Shown one piece after another: positions 1 through 10,590 of a stretch of 64,000 nucleotides of DNA (positions are counted from its first letter, which is position 1; each line of letters starts with the position of its first letter). This DNA comes from Kiritimatiellia bacterium (GTDB lineage: Bacteria > Verrucomicrobiota > Kiritimatiellia > JAAZAB01): positions 288,001-352,000 of the forward strand of contig JAXGPF010000006.1 in the NCBI GenBank assembly GCA_040767085.1, read 5' to 3'. A program made the position numbers and the translations under genes. The notes beneath the pieces are model-generated. The model was given only the letters and a program-made list of their open reading frames with translations. It had not been told where the DNA came from and did no database searches.

Positions 1-1220
1 TGGGCGATGATTTCGGCACAGCGTGTGATTTCTGCCGCGTTTTCGCGGATTGCCCGGTGGTGATCACGGGGGCATCCTGGGGGCAATGGCGCCTGGTTTA
101 TGCCCTGATGAACTCCTGCCCGAACGCCCATCTGGAATGCCATGTCTTTCAAGCCAACCGCGCGGTGGAATATTTTGGCGGACGGTTTGGGATTGACCGG
201 CTGCTGTTCGGGTCGGGATTGCTCCGGCATTCCGCCGGCGCGGCGCGCGGGTTCGTTGACTGGTCGCTGCTGCCGGATGCGGCAGTTGCAAAATTCGCCG
301 GCGCCAACCTGCGGCGGCTTTTGGGCGCGGGGCCGGAATCAGCGCCGGCGCCGCCGGCGGATGCCGACATGATTGTCCGCGCGGCGCGCGCCGGTCAACC
401 GTCGCCGGTGCTGACCCTGGATGCGCATGCGCATGTATTGCACGAGGGCTTGAACGGCGCCGGCAAGCAATATGTAATGGCAAGAGGCGACTGGCCGGGC
501 ATGCGCGAGCTGACCCGGCGGATGGGTGTATCCTTGACCGCGCTGATGAGCTGGAACGGCACGGTCAGCATGGATGTGGATTCGGGCAATGATCTGATTG
601 CCGGGTTGGTGCAGGCGCATGGCGCGGAAGTCGTGGGATTGTCGAGTTGCAACCCGGTTGTCCAGGACGCCGCGGCCATCCGCAAAATGTGCGCGCGGAT
701 GCACCTGGAACTGGGATGCCGCGGCATGAAACCGTATCACACTAACAGCCTGTCATATGCCGATCCCGGCTATGCGCCATGGTGGGAATTCTGCAACGGG
801 CACCGGTTGTACGGCCTGCTGCATGTCAATTCCGGCACGGGCGGGCACGCGGCGGCGGCGGAACTGGCGCGGCGCTATCCCGAGGCGACATTCCTGATCG
901 CCCATGCCGCCGGTTCCTGGCCGGCGGCGCGCGCGGCGGCCGAGTTGATGCAAAAGCACAAAAATATCATGGCGGAAGTGACTTTGACGCCGGTATGCAA
1001 CGGCACGATCGAATATTTGTGCCGGACGGCGGGCGCCGACCGGGTGTTGTTCGGCACGGACGCACCCATGCGCGACCCGCGCCCGCAACTGGGCTGGTGC
1101 GTATATGCCCGACTGAGCCTGGCTGAGAAAAAACAGGTGCTGGGCGAAAATTTCCGGCGTATCCTGCGGCAGGGCAATCTGCCCGGCCATGCCCTGCCGG
1201 CCTGCCTGTCCGCGTCATGA
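1..1220 (+). CDS. Amidohydrolase family protein with tandem amidohydrolase_2-type domains; 5' end outside the window
   Basis: The frame is open from position 3. It has DAHAH (HxH metal motif), GMKPYH, LIAHAA and RVLFGTDAP, plus an earlier RLLFGSG...AGANLRRLL end of a first domain. Confidence 0.8.
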   Translation, partial: GDDFGTACDFCRVFADCPVVITGASWGQWRLVYALMNSCPNAHLECHVFQANRAVEYFGGRFGIDRLLFGSGLLRHSAGAARGFVDWSLLPDAAVAKFAGANLRRLLGAGPESAPAPPADADMIVRAARAGQPSPVLTLDAHAHVLHEGLNGAGKQYVMARGDWPGMRELTRRMGVSLTALMSWNGTVSMDVDSGNDLIAGLVQAHGAEVVGLSSCNPVVQDAAAIRKMCARMHLELGCRGMKPYHTNSLSYADPGYAPWWEFCNGHRLYGLLHVNSGTGGHAAAAELARRYPEATFLIAHAAGSWPAARAAAELMQKHKNIMAEVTLTPVCNGTIEYLCRTAGADRVLFGTDAPMRDPRPQLGWCVYARLSLAEKKQVLGENFRRILRQGNLPGHALPACLSAS

Positions 1221-1266
1221 AAGGTCTTTACGGTAAATTCGGGTTCCTCATCTTTTTGGTGGCGCT

Positions 1267-1845
1267 ATGAAAAATGTTTTAATATTATCCGTTTTAATTT
1301 TGCAATTGGGATGCGTCAGCACGGAAAGGACAAGCATGACCGAGAAACGCGCGGAAAATACCGTTGTAGTGATGGAAACCTCTCACGGCGCCATGGAAAT
1401 CGAGCTGTTCGACGAACAGGCGCCGGTATCCGTCAGCAACTTCCTGGCTTACGCGGACGCGGGCTTTTACAATGGCACCGTCTTCCATCGCGTCATCCCG
1501 GGCTTCATGATCCAGGGCGGCGGCTTCGATGCCGGCCTGCGGCAGAAAGCCACGCAGGCGCCCATCAAAAACGAGGCGCCTAACGGACTGAAAAACGACC
1601 GCGGCGCGCTGGCCATGGCCCGCACCATGGAGATTGACAGCGCCACCGCGCAGTTTTTCATCAATGTGGCGGACAACGCTTTCCTTAATCACGGCGTCCG
1701 CGATTACGGCTATGCCGTGTTCGCCCGCGTCACCGCCGGCATGGATGTGGCGGACAAGATCGCCGCGACCCCGACCGCCACTCAAAACGGCATGAGCGAC
1801 GTGCCGGCCCAGGCCGTCATCATCAAGTCCATACGCCGGAAATAA
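1267..1845 (+). CDS. ppiA: Cyclophilin-type peptidyl-prolyl cis-trans isomerase, probable lipoprotein
   Basis: Cyclophilin motifs [37 protein letters not shown] and YAVF; N-terminal signal ending LQLG-C. Confidence 0.92.
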   Translation: MKNVLILSVLILQLGCVSTERTSMTEKRAENTVVVMETSHGAMEIELFDEQAPVSVSNFLAYADAGFYNGTVFHRVIPGFMIQGGGFDAGLRQKATQAPIKNEAPNGLKNDRGALAMARTMEIDSATAQFFINVADNAFLNHGVRDYGYAVFARVTAGMDVADKIAATPTATQNGMSDVPAQAVIIKSIRRK

Positions 1846-1869
1846 ACCCGGCCGGAACCCCGGCATGAC

Positions 1870-1897
1870 CCACGGCCATCCCTGCGGCGGGCCGTGG
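1870..1897 (+). terminator. GC-rich hairpin downstream of ppiA, possible terminator
   Basis: CCACGGCC (1870-1877) pairs perfectly with GGCCGTGG (1890-1897); no U-tract follows. Confidence 0.3.
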
Positions 1898-1989
1898 ACC
1901 GGCAAGGACAGTCCTTTATAGAGCGCAGCACAATGGCCTGTGCGGCATAACGGCGCACTGGCCTTAACCATGATGCGGAGGGATTGGAG

Positions 1990-3654
1990 ATGGATGCGGC
2001 TTACACGGTTTCGCGTTACATTCTGGACCGGCTGCATCAGACCGGGGTTGGCCATTTGTTTGGCGTGCCTGGTGATTACGTGCTGGATTTTCTCGACGAG
2101 GTTCTAGCCAGTCCTCTCCGTTGGGTGGGGAACTGCAACGAACTCAACGCGGGGTATGCGGCCGACGGCTATGCGCGCATGAACGGCATTGCAGGGGCCG
2201 TAGTGACCTACGGTGTGGGCGGGCTGAGCATTGCCAACGCCGTGGCGGGCGCCTACGCCGAGCAGGTGCCGCTGATCGTGGTATCCGGCGCGCCCCCCAC
2301 GCGGCGGCGGGCATCCGGCGCGCAGGTTCACCATCTGGTGCGCAACTACCAGTTGCAATACGATGTGTTCCGCAAAATCACGGCGGCAGCGGCAATGCTG
2401 ACCGATCCGGCGACTGCGCCAGACGAAATCGACCGCGTGATCGGGCTGTGCATGGCGCGGAAACTGCCGGGCTATCTGGAATTACCGGCCGACATGGCGC
2501 GGGCGCCGTGCCGGCCGCCCGCCGGACGCCTGCAATTGCCGGCGGCTGTTTCCGATCCGGACGCCCTGGCGGCATGCGTCGCCGAAACGGCGGCGCGCTT
2601 CGAAAAAGCAGCGCATCCCGTGGCGCTGGTTGGGGTCAAACTGATGCGCCAGCGGCTGGGCGCCGAGGCGCTGAAGCTGGTCGAGACGGTCGAAATCCCG
2701 TTTGCGTCGTTGCTGAGCAGCAAAAGTCTGCTGCCGGAATTCCACCCCCAGTTCATCGGTATTTATCAGGGCGGCTGGAGCAGGGAGAGTGTGCGCCGGC
2801 AGGTGGAGGATTCCGATTGCCTGTTGTCGCTCGGCGTCTGGATGACCGACCTGGACACGGGATTGTTCAGCACGCACTTCGACCCCGGCCGCGTTATTTC
2901 TGCCGGCGCCAGCCAGGTGCGGATCGGTGAAAAGACATTTGACGGCGTGCTGCTGGGGGATTTTGTCCGCGCGCTGACCGCCGCACTCCGGCCCCGCTCC
3001 TATCTCCAATCGCATCCCGCCCAGCGGAGAGCGATCAAACCGCCTTTTACGGCGCGTCCGGCCTGCCCGCTGACCGCGGCGCGCGTTTATGAATGCCTGA
3101 ATGATTTCCTGGACGACCAGATGGTGCTGCTGGCCGAGCCCGGCGATGCCTTCTGCGCGGCGCCGGACTTCCTGATCGAGGAGGCCGAGAATTTTATCGT
3201 CCAGGCCTATTATGCATCCATCGGGTTCTGCACGCCCGCGGCATTGGGTGTGGGGCTGGCGCGCCCTGCCAAACGGCCGGTGGTATTGACCGGCGACGGC
3301 GCGTTGCAAATGACCGTCCAGGAAATTTCAACTCTCATCCGCCAGCGGTGTCCGGCGATCATCATGGTAATCAATAACGACGGATATCTCATCGAGCGGG
3401 CACTCCACACAGACGGCGCCTACAACGACCTTCAGCCCTGGGCCTATTCCCGGCTGCCCGGCCTGTTTGATCCCAGCGGCAAGGCCGCCTTCGGCGTGCG
3501 CGTGACCACTGAAGAAGAACTGGCGGCCGCCCTGGCGCGCGCGGAACAAGAGAAAGACATGGTATGCCTTATCGAAGCCTGGCTGCCTAACCGGGATTGT
3601 TCCGACGGGCTGCGTCAGCTGGGACAGGCTTTCCGCGGGAAGGTGAAACAATAG
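1990..3654 (+). CDS. TPP-dependent alpha-keto acid decarboxylase (indolepyruvate/pyruvate decarboxylase family)
   Basis: FGVPGDY, NCNELNAGYAADGYAR, YGVGGLS, HH motif and TPP motif GDGALQMTVQE...INNDGY. Confidence 0.9.
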   Translation: MDAAYTVSRYILDRLHQTGVGHLFGVPGDYVLDFLDEVLASPLRWVGNCNELNAGYAADGYARMNGIAGAVVTYGVGGLSIANAVAGAYAEQVPLIVVSGAPPTRRRASGAQVHHLVRNYQLQYDVFRKITAAAAMLTDPATAPDEIDRVIGLCMARKLPGYLELPADMARAPCRPPAGRLQLPAAVSDPDALAACVAETAARFEKAAHPVALVGVKLMRQRLGAEALKLVETVEIPFASLLSSKSLLPEFHPQFIGIYQGGWSRESVRRQVEDSDCLLSLGVWMTDLDTGLFSTHFDPGRVISAGASQVRIGEKTFDGVLLGDFVRALTAALRPRSYLQSHPAQRRAIKPPFTARPACPLTAARVYECLNDFLDDQMVLLAEPGDAFCAAPDFLIEEAENFIVQAYYASIGFCTPAALGVGLARPAKRPVVLTGDGALQMTVQEISTLIRQRCPAIIMVINNDGYLIERALHTDGAYNDLQPWAYSRLPGLFDPSGKAAFGVRVTTEEELAAALARAEQEKDMVCLIEAWLPNRDCSDGLRQLGQAFRGKVKQ

Positions 3655-5685
3655 ATGAACAAGCTTGCTTCGTGTTACGCGCGGTTGGATGGAAACAGGC
3701 TGGCGGTTGGCAACGGCGAATTCGAGCGGACCTGGGAAATCGGCGAAGGCGCGCCTGAGGCCGCTTCCATACTCGACAAGGTCCGCCGGCGCGAGTGGAC
3801 CTGGCAACCGCCCTACCGGGATGTCTTCCGCCGGTCAATCCTGCCCCTCGCCGGCCGGCCGACCGTTCATTTCGCCAGCGCCGAAGACGACCGGAATGGC
3901 TGCTCGGAAAAACACCTGCTGGCGACCATCCGCCTGGCCTACCCCAACGCCGAATTGACCTGGACTCACCGTGTCTGGCCCGGCCTGCCGATCATTCTCT
4001 CTCAATTCACGGTCCGCCTGACCGCGCCGGCGGCGCCGGCGCCGGTGGAATCAAATTTTGACAATGGGACGGGCGGGCTGCACATCCTGATGGTGGACGA
4101 CCGGATCGACACTTTCGGCATCGAACCCATGCACCTGGCGTACCGCGCGGCGCAATTTTCATGTCAAACCGATTGGAACGACAACCATGTCCGGGAAAAA
4201 CACGCCTTTACCTACAACAAGGAACGCATCCGGGAGTCCGGCCATTTCATCCATTTCCGGGACCGCGACTCCGGGGATGGGCTGCTGGCGTTGAAGATCG
4301 CGCCGACGCCGGGCGAGCAGCTCAATTACCCGGGCTATGATTTTGCCTATTGCGGCAAAACTTTTTCCATTGCCGGCTCGGGGATTTCCGACGCGGACCT
4401 GCAGGCCGGCGCGGCCTGGCCGGCCTATGCCAGCGCGGTGGGCGTGACGGACGGCAGCGATGCGGCCGGCATGGAATTGTTTTACCGGCTGGACCGGCAG
4501 CGCCACAAGCCCGTCCCGGAGCGCAATTTCAACATCCTCACCAACAACTGGGGCTCAGGCAACGGTTCCAAGGCCATCTGCGAGAAATTGATGCTGGCGG
4601 AAATTGACACCGCCGCGCGGCTCGGGCTGACCCATGTCCAACTGGATGCCGGGTGGCAGCAGGGCATCCAGCACGGCTGGCTGCCGGTCGAGGAGCGTTT
4701 CCGCAAAAGCGTGTATGAAGTCAATCCCAACTACTGGGAGATTCATGCGGAAAGATTCCCCAACCGATTCACCCCGCTGGTCGAACGCGCTCGCGAAAAA
4801 GGCATCCGCCTGGGCATCTGGTTCGCGCCGGACATGGCAGATGATTACGCCTGCTGGGAAAAGGACCGGGACATCGTCCTGGGCTTGTGGCGCGACTGGG
4901 GTTTCGACGCGGTGAAAATTGACGGCGTCAGCCTCCTCAACAAACGCGGCGAAAAAAACCTGCTGGCGTTTTTGAACGGGATTTTTAACGGGTCCAACCG
5001 GCGGATTTGCATCAACTTTGACATCACCGGCGGCGGCGGCAGCCGCCTCGGCCATTTCTACGAAACTGAATGCGTGGGCAACCTGTTCGTCGAAAACCGC
5101 TACGCGCATGACCGGACGTATTATCCCTACCGCACCACGCGCAGCCTCTGGCATTTGTGCCGTTATTTTCCGAGTTACCGGCTGCACCTGGAATTCGTCG
5201 ACGCGCAGAGCAAGTCCAGCCAGTATGCGGAAGATGACCCGTTCCGCCCGGCGGCGTTCGGCACGGAATATTCCTGCGCCGCGGTGTTGTTTGCCAACCC
5301 GCTGTGCTGGATGGAAACCCAGCATCTGGCGGAGCGGGACAAAAAAGCGCTGGCCGGATTGATCCATGCCTACCGGCCGCACCAGCGGGCTTTACTGAGC
5401 GGCCGGGTGTTCCCGATCGGCGAAGAACCGTCGGGCCGGGCCTGGACTGGATTCCAGTCCGTGACCGGCCCCGGGGAAGGATACCTGATGGTCTTGCGCG
5501 AAATTACCGACCGGCGCCGCGGCGAATTTGCGCTGCACGGCGTGCCGCCGGGCGCGCGGTTGCAACTGGAGCGGATAGCCGGCAAGCTGTCCGCGGCCGA
5601 ACTCAAGGTTGACCGGCGCGGCGTCGCGCGGGTGGCCCTGCCCCGGCCGGCCTCCTACGGCTTTGTCCGCTACCGGGCAGTCTGA
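3655..5685 (+). CDS. Alpha-galactosidase-like glycoside hydrolase (GH36/GH27 clan D)
   Basis: TNNWG, QLDAGWQ, FPNRFTPL, LGIWFAP and VKIDG nucleophile region; starts immediately after the decarboxylase stop. Confidence 0.75.
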   Translation: MNKLASCYARLDGNRLAVGNGEFERTWEIGEGAPEAASILDKVRRREWTWQPPYRDVFRRSILPLAGRPTVHFASAEDDRNGCSEKHLLATIRLAYPNAELTWTHRVWPGLPIILSQFTVRLTAPAAPAPVESNFDNGTGGLHILMVDDRIDTFGIEPMHLAYRAAQFSCQTDWNDNHVREKHAFTYNKERIRESGHFIHFRDRDSGDGLLALKIAPTPGEQLNYPGYDFAYCGKTFSIAGSGISDADLQAGAAWPAYASAVGVTDGSDAAGMELFYRLDRQRHKPVPERNFNILTNNWGSGNGSKAICEKLMLAEIDTAARLGLTHVQLDAGWQQGIQHGWLPVEERFRKSVYEVNPNYWEIHAERFPNRFTPLVERAREKGIRLGIWFAPDMADDYACWEKDRDIVLGLWRDWGFDAVKIDGVSLLNKRGEKNLLAFLNGIFNGSNRRICINFDITGGGGSRLGHFYETECVGNLFVENRYAHDRTYYPYRTTRSLWHLCRYFPSYRLHLEFVDAQSKSSQYAEDDPFRPAAFGTEYSCAAVLFANPLCWMETQHLAERDKKALAGLIHAYRPHQRALLSGRVFPIGEEPSGRAWTGFQSVTGPGEGYLMVLREITDRRRGEFALHGVPPGARLQLERIAGKLSAAELKVDRRGVARVALPRPASYGFVRYRAV

Positions 5686-5700
5686 CTGGCGAGCAACCGG

Positions 5701-6618
5701 TCAATTCGCCAGCGCGCGCCGGTATTTATTCAGCCACCGCGAAAGCGTGGTCTTGTCGGCAAACCCGATTTCAGCGGCCATGCGCTTGCCCGGCGTCTGG
5801 CCCGCCAGCAAGGCCTTGGCGCGTTCCAGCCGGCAGGCGTCAATATACTGGTGGACGGTCTGGCTGGTGCTTTGCTTAAAAACCCTCGCGAAGTGTCCGG
5901 GGCTGTACCCCGCCACCTCCGCCAAACCCGCCAGCGAAACATGGGCGCCGCCGGTCTGCCGGATATGCCCGCAAATCACCGCTATTTTTTTGCGCAGCAG
6001 CGCTTCCCGGTCAATAGTTTCAGCGGGCCGGTGCATGGATTCAATGACCAGGCGCAGTAAATCCGCGAAAAATGCGGTCAACCATAATTGGACCTGCAGG
6101 GCCGCGGCTGGCCCGCCGCCGTCCGCCGCCGCGCGCATCAACGCGAGCCGGCGGCCCAGGTCGCCGACATGTAACAAGCTGCGTTCGCCATACACGCGTT
6201 TGACCCGGCCGCGCCGCACAATGATGAATTGCAGGAAGGCCTGCTCCGCGGCAATGAAACTTATCCAGATGTGATGCAGTCCGTCGTCCGAGGGGTGGTA
6301 GCGGTTGGCATGCGGCTGGTTGGGCGCAATCAGCGCCATGGCGCCCGGCCGGCAAGGGAACACACGATCCTGTACGCCGTACCAGCACGATCCGCCGGCC
6401 GCCAGCAGCACCTCGTAAAAAGGATGCGCATGCTGATGCCGACGCAACCAGGCAGGCATGCCCGGGCGCGCCCGCCCTCCGGCCGGCGGCGGCGCCTGAA
6501 AGGGCGTTACCAGGCGCCAATACCGCGGGCTGGCAAACACGTTCAGGGCGGCGGGACTGAAAAAAGCGCCGTCATCCCGCCAACCCGATAGTTGGAACAC
6601 CTGATCCATTGCCGACAA
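5701..6618 (-). CDS. AraC family transcriptional regulator with cupin sensor domain
   Basis: HQHAHPFYEV...PNQPH cupin; C-terminal HTH SLAGLAEVAGYSPGHFARVFK...RLERAKALL...EIGF. Confidence 0.88.
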   Translation of the reverse strand: MSAMDQVFQLSGWRDDGAFFSPAALNVFASPRYWRLVTPFQAPPPAGGRARPGMPAWLRRHQHAHPFYEVLLAAGGSCWYGVQDRVFPCRPGAMALIAPNQPHANRYHPSDDGLHHIWISFIAAEQAFLQFIIVRRGRVKRVYGERSLLHVGDLGRRLALMRAAADGGGPAAALQVQLWLTAFFADLLRLVIESMHRPAETIDREALLRKKIAVICGHIRQTGGAHVSLAGLAEVAGYSPGHFARVFKQSTSQTVHQYIDACRLERAKALLAGQTPGKRMAAEIGFADKTTLSRWLNKYRRALAN

Positions 6619-6689
6619 TCATGCCCGGCCGCCGCATCCGGACGGGGGCTTGGCCCCAAGGACGGTGCGGACGCAGCCTCGTCCCCGCA

Positions 6690-9140
6690 CTAAAAATCCA
6701 GCGGGATGACCGATAGCTTGTATGCCTGGCTGGACAACCTTGCCAACCACATCTTCCCGGAATCCGACCGCACCGCCAGGTCTGCCAGGCCATCGCCGTC
6801 GTAATCCGCCGGCGCCGGGAAGTAGCCCGGGCCGCCCAAGGGCCAGGGCGCGGCATAGGCCCCGTAATTGATGCCGGAGAGCCTGAAATTCCAAATGCCG
6901 GAGTCGGTATGATAAACGCCCGGGTCCGCGAAGCCATCGCCGTCAAAGTCGCCGGCCACCGGCCACGCGCCCGGGCCGCCGAGAAATGCCAGCCGCGCCA
7001 GATGCGCGTAATTCAGGGTTGAAAGGCAGACCTGCCAATCGCCCGATGCGCGGCCATAGATGCCCGGGTCCGCCCGGCCGTCGCCGTCAAAATCCGCCGT
7101 CACGCCGCTCCAGCCGTTCCCGCCAAATGGGAATGCCAGCGTAGCCAGGTAGTTATAGTTGCTGCTGGAGAACAAGGCGCACCAGGTTCCGGTCAATTCC
7201 TGATAGACAGCGGGGTCCGCCAGGCTATCGCCGTCAAAATCCGCCGACATGGAAGCCCAGCCGCGGCCGCCCAGGCGGTTAAAGTCATAAACCTGTTTGC
7301 GGTAATCATAAGTCGAAGGCATGATGCGCCACGCGCCGGCCGCCTCGCCGTACATTGCCGGATCCGCCAGGCCGTCGCCGTCGTAATCCGCGCTGACGCC
7401 CGAGGATATCCCGCCGCGCCAGCCGGCGGCGTAGGCGCTGAACGCACTGACGGCGCCGCCATTCGTGGCCTGCAGCCAGTAATAATACATCTTGCCCACC
7501 AGCGCGTTGGTATCTGTATAACGCAGGGCAGCAGTCCCCGGCAACAGGATGGCGGCGGCGTCAGGCCGGCTGGAAATGCCGCGCCAGATACGGTACCCAG
7601 CCGCCCCCGGAGCAGCCTGCCAGGAGACTTCCACGCCATCCGCCGATGTTCCGGCGCCGGCCGTCACGGCGCCCGGCGCCGCCAGCGCGTTGGTGGCCCA
7701 GAGCCAGTTGATGCTGGAATCTTCCGCCAGGGCAAACGGGCCGGTGTTGGTGCCGAATCCCGCGGCCGGCACGCTGCCGGAACCGGTCCAGCCGATGCAG
7801 ACATAGCGGTTGCTGCCGGCAATCACCGGCGAGTTGGTCACGGCGCAGACGATGATGGAACCGTTGGTATAAACGGAACTGCCAACGGCTGGACGCGCGC
7901 CGCCATGGGCGGATTGCACCGCCAGGGTGCGCATGACCGGCGGGGTGTAAACCATGTAACATGCTTCGCAGGCCACCCGGGCGGCGGTATAGCGGATGCG
8001 CATGTAACCGTTCTCGCCCCAGCCGCCGCCCCAGCTGTTGCGCAGAATCCAGCACCCGCCGCCGCCTTCGGGAGGGTTGTCATCCCAGCCGACCAGCGCA
8101 ATGGCGTGATTCACCGGTGTATAATAACAGGGATCCTCGTAACAGTCCGTCGCGTCGTCGTCGTAAACGCCACCGGCGTAATCGTTGAATTCATCGCTCA
8201 CATACACCGCCGCATCCACAACGCCGTAAGTCATGATGGCGGTTTTAATGGCCTCCACATCGCCGCAGGGCAACCGATGCCACGAAGTAAACACCTCGCG
8301 CGGACTGCCCCAGTGTGCGCAGCCGCCCGGATCGCTGGTGGTGTACGGGAAAGCGGACTCCAGGCAAACGCCTTCCACTGTCAGCGCCGCCAATTCGGCA
8401 TAATCGTAATCCGCGCCATTGCAGCCGCCGAAATGGATGGCATATTGGGGCAAGCGTCCGAGGCACCACATGATAAACGACTCGGAAAAATCAACGCAGG
8501 CGGCGCCAGACCGCCCCATGGCCCAGTTGAAGGTCCCCTCGCCGGCGGCCGCCGCCGCAAAAGCGTAGCAACTGCCGCAAGGCCCCTGGTCCCGCACGGC
8601 GCCGATATAAGAATTGCCGGCCAGATTCCGCCAATCAAAGGCTGGCGGCAGGGCGGTCCGGCCATCCATCAACCGGTAAATGCGCAGCAAGTCCGCGTCA
8701 TCTTCGGCTCGGCCGCCGTTAGCGGCGGACGGCCATTTGCCAAGCGCGTCCGGCGTGTCATACAGCGGCATGCCTTTCTGCCGCATCAGTTCCATCAGCG
8801 GCACGCCCCGCGCGCCGGCGGCCGCGTTGGCGCGAGCGCCGGCTGGATAACAAACCGCATACTCCCGGCTATAACCGCCGGCATTGGTGCGCACGCACTC
8901 GATGGCATAACCGTGTAACGCGGCGAATGAATATTCCCGGCCAACCTTGCCCTTGAAAAAATCCCAGGCATCAAACTGAACGCCGGGCGCCACCACCGCC
9001 GCGCCCCGCGCGCCGTCCGGTCCGGCCACAATGCGGTATTCGTAGCCCATGCGCTCGCAATAGGCGGCGGCGGGGTTGGGCCGTCCCGCGGCCAACTGCG
9101 CGGTCAAACCTAAAGCAATTAAAAACAGATATTTACGCAT
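6690..9140 (-). CDS. Secreted papain-family (C1) cysteine peptidase with DUF333-like N-terminus, FN3-like domain and C-terminal FG-GAP/VCBS repeats
   Basis: Signal peptide MRKYLFLIALGL; NPAAAYCERMGYEY; catalytic QGPCGSCY, NHAIALVGW and LRNSWG; five DxDGDGxAD repeats. Confidence 0.85.
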   Translation of the reverse strand: MRKYLFLIALGLTAQLAAGRPNPAAAYCERMGYEYRIVAGPDGARGAAVVAPGVQFDAWDFFKGKVGREYSFAALHGYAIECVRTNAGGYSREYAVCYPAGARANAAAGARGVPLMELMRQKGMPLYDTPDALGKWPSAANGGRAEDDADLLRIYRLMDGRTALPPAFDWRNLAGNSYIGAVRDQGPCGSCYAFAAAAAGEGTFNWAMGRSGAACVDFSESFIMWCLGRLPQYAIHFGGCNGADYDYAELAALTVEGVCLESAFPYTTSDPGGCAHWGSPREVFTSWHRLPCGDVEAIKTAIMTYGVVDAAVYVSDEFNDYAGGVYDDDATDCYEDPCYYTPVNHAIALVGWDDNPPEGGGGCWILRNSWGGGWGENGYMRIRYTAARVACEACYMVYTPPVMRTLAVQSAHGGARPAVGSSVYTNGSIIVCAVTNSPVIAGSNRYVCIGWTGSGSVPAAGFGTNTGPFALAEDSSINWLWATNALAAPGAVTAGAGTSADGVEVSWQAAPGAAGYRIWRGISSRPDAAAILLPGTAALRYTDTNALVGKMYYYWLQATNGGAVSAFSAYAAGWRGGISSGVSADYDGDGLADPAMYGEAAGAWRIMPSTYDYRKQVYDFNRLGGRGWASMSADFDGDSLADPAVYQELTGTWCALFSSSNYNYLATLAFPFGGNGWSGVTADFDGDGRADPGIYGRASGDWQVCLSTLNYAHLARLAFLGGPGAWPVAGDFDGDGFADPGVYHTDSGIWNFRLSGINYGAYAAPWPLGGPGYFPAPADYDGDGLADLAVRSDSGKMWLARLSSQAYKLSVIPLDF
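6789..7391 (-). repeat. Five 48-49 aa FG-GAP/VCBS-type repeats, (A/G)D(Y/F)DGD(G/S)xAD
   Basis: DNA units such as gccatcgccgtcgtaatccgc start at 6789, 6933, 7077, 7224 and 7371, giving spacings of 144, 144, 147 and 147 bp. Confidence 0.85.
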
Positions 9141-9321
9141 GCAGCAGCATCGTCCGCCCACTGGGCGGCCCTCCCCGCGGATATGCAATCACCGACATTT
9201 TCCCTCGTGCGGCGCATTTTACCGCCTAGCGCCGGGCAACACAAACTAAATTTCTCACACCTCTGGCCGCGGGCGCAACTTTTTGTTTCAATCCCCCCGG
9301 GAATCAACTATATTAGCCGGG

Positions 9322-10578
9322 ATGCAGGGACAAATCACAGTCGAGCATGTCGGCAAGTCATACCGGCTCTACCGTTCCGCCGCCGACCGCCTCCGGGAAG
9401 CGCTGCATCCGCGCCGCCGCAAGTACCACCAATTGTTCAAGGCGCTGGACGATGTCTCCTGCGCCGTTAATCCCGGCACAACCCTGGGCATCATCGGGCG
9501 CAACGGCTCTGGCAAATCCACGCTCTTGAAGGTCATCGCCGGTATCATCACCCCCACCTGCGGCTGGGCGCGCGCCGACGGCCGGCTGGCGGCGCTGCTG
9601 GAACTGGGCGCGGGGTTCAACCCCGAGCTGACCGGCCTGGAAAACATTTATTTCAACGGCACCATCATGGGATACCGCCGCCGCGACATGCGGGCGCGCT
9701 TGCCGGAGATCACGGCCTTTGCCGATATCGGCCCATACCTCGATCAGCCGGTCAAAACCTATTCCAGCGGCATGTTCGTCCGCCTGGCTTTCGCCGTCGC
9801 CATTAACGTGGATCCCGACATCCTGCTGGTGGACGAAGCGCTGGCGGTGGGCGACATCAACTTCCAGGCTCGCTGCTTCCGCAAGTTGAACGAATTCCGC
9901 CGCCGCGGCCGCACGGTGGTCTTCGTCACCCACTCGCTGGACACCATCCTGCGGTACTGCGACAGGGTGATCGTGCTGAATCAAGGCCGCAAGATGACGG
10001 AAGCCGATCCCAAGACGGCGGTGGATGCCTATAAGCAATTGATGGCCGAGCGCGATCAGCGCCGCATCGCCCCGGCCGCGCCGGCGGCCGCGGGCCCGGC
10101 GCCGTTGTCATATCGCGGCCATTTTCAACGCCATCCTGACACGCTGGCCTACGGCAACGGCGCGGCCGAAATCACGGATTTCGGGCTGTTCGACGAAGCC
10201 GGCCGGCCGGCGCGGCTGCTGACTTGCGGCGAGTTTTTCAGCGTCCGCATGGAAGTCGCCTTCCAGGCGCCCTTGACCGATCCGATCTTCGCCTATACTA
10301 TCAAGGACTTAAAAGGCTTGGAACTGACGGGCGCCAACACGCTTTTCCAGGAAATCGCCACCGGCGCCTACCAGCCCGGCCAGCGGGCGGTGGTGCAATT
10401 CCGGCAGCGGCTGACACTGCAGTCCGGGCGGTATGCGCTTTCGCTGGGCTGCACCGGCATGCACGGCGACACGCTGCTGGTTTACCGGCGGCTGTACGAT
10501 GTGCTGTTGTTCGAAGTCGCCGCGCCCCGGCCGGTGGTGGGATTGTTCGACCCGGACACGCAAATCGAAATCACATGA
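9322..10578 (+). CDS. wzt: Polysaccharide ABC exporter ATP-binding protein with Wzt_C carbohydrate-binding domain
   Basis: GRNGSGKST, LLELGAGFNPELTG, YSSGMFVRLAFA, LLVDEALAVGD and a C-terminal Ig-like extension. Confidence 0.9.
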   Translation: MQGQITVEHVGKSYRLYRSAADRLREALHPRRRKYHQLFKALDDVSCAVNPGTTLGIIGRNGSGKSTLLKVIAGIITPTCGWARADGRLAALLELGAGFNPELTGLENIYFNGTIMGYRRRDMRARLPEITAFADIGPYLDQPVKTYSSGMFVRLAFAVAINVDPDILLVDEALAVGDINFQARCFRKLNEFRRRGRTVVFVTHSLDTILRYCDRVIVLNQGRKMTEADPKTAVDAYKQLMAERDQRRIAPAAPAAAGPAPLSYRGHFQRHPDTLAYGNGAAEITDFGLFDEAGRPARLLTCGEFFSVRMEVAFQAPLTDPIFAYTIKDLKGLELTGANTLFQEIATGAYQPGQRAVVQFRQRLTLQSGRYALSLGCTGMHGDTLLVYRRLYDVLLFEVAAPRPVVGLFDPDTQIEIT

Positions 10579-10590
10579 GCGGACTTCAAA

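Noticed and set aside
6789-7391. Regularly spaced DNA repeats as a possible CRISPR array
   Set aside because: The period is 144-147 bp, in frame and degenerate at third positions, so these are protein repeats; no cas genes are present.
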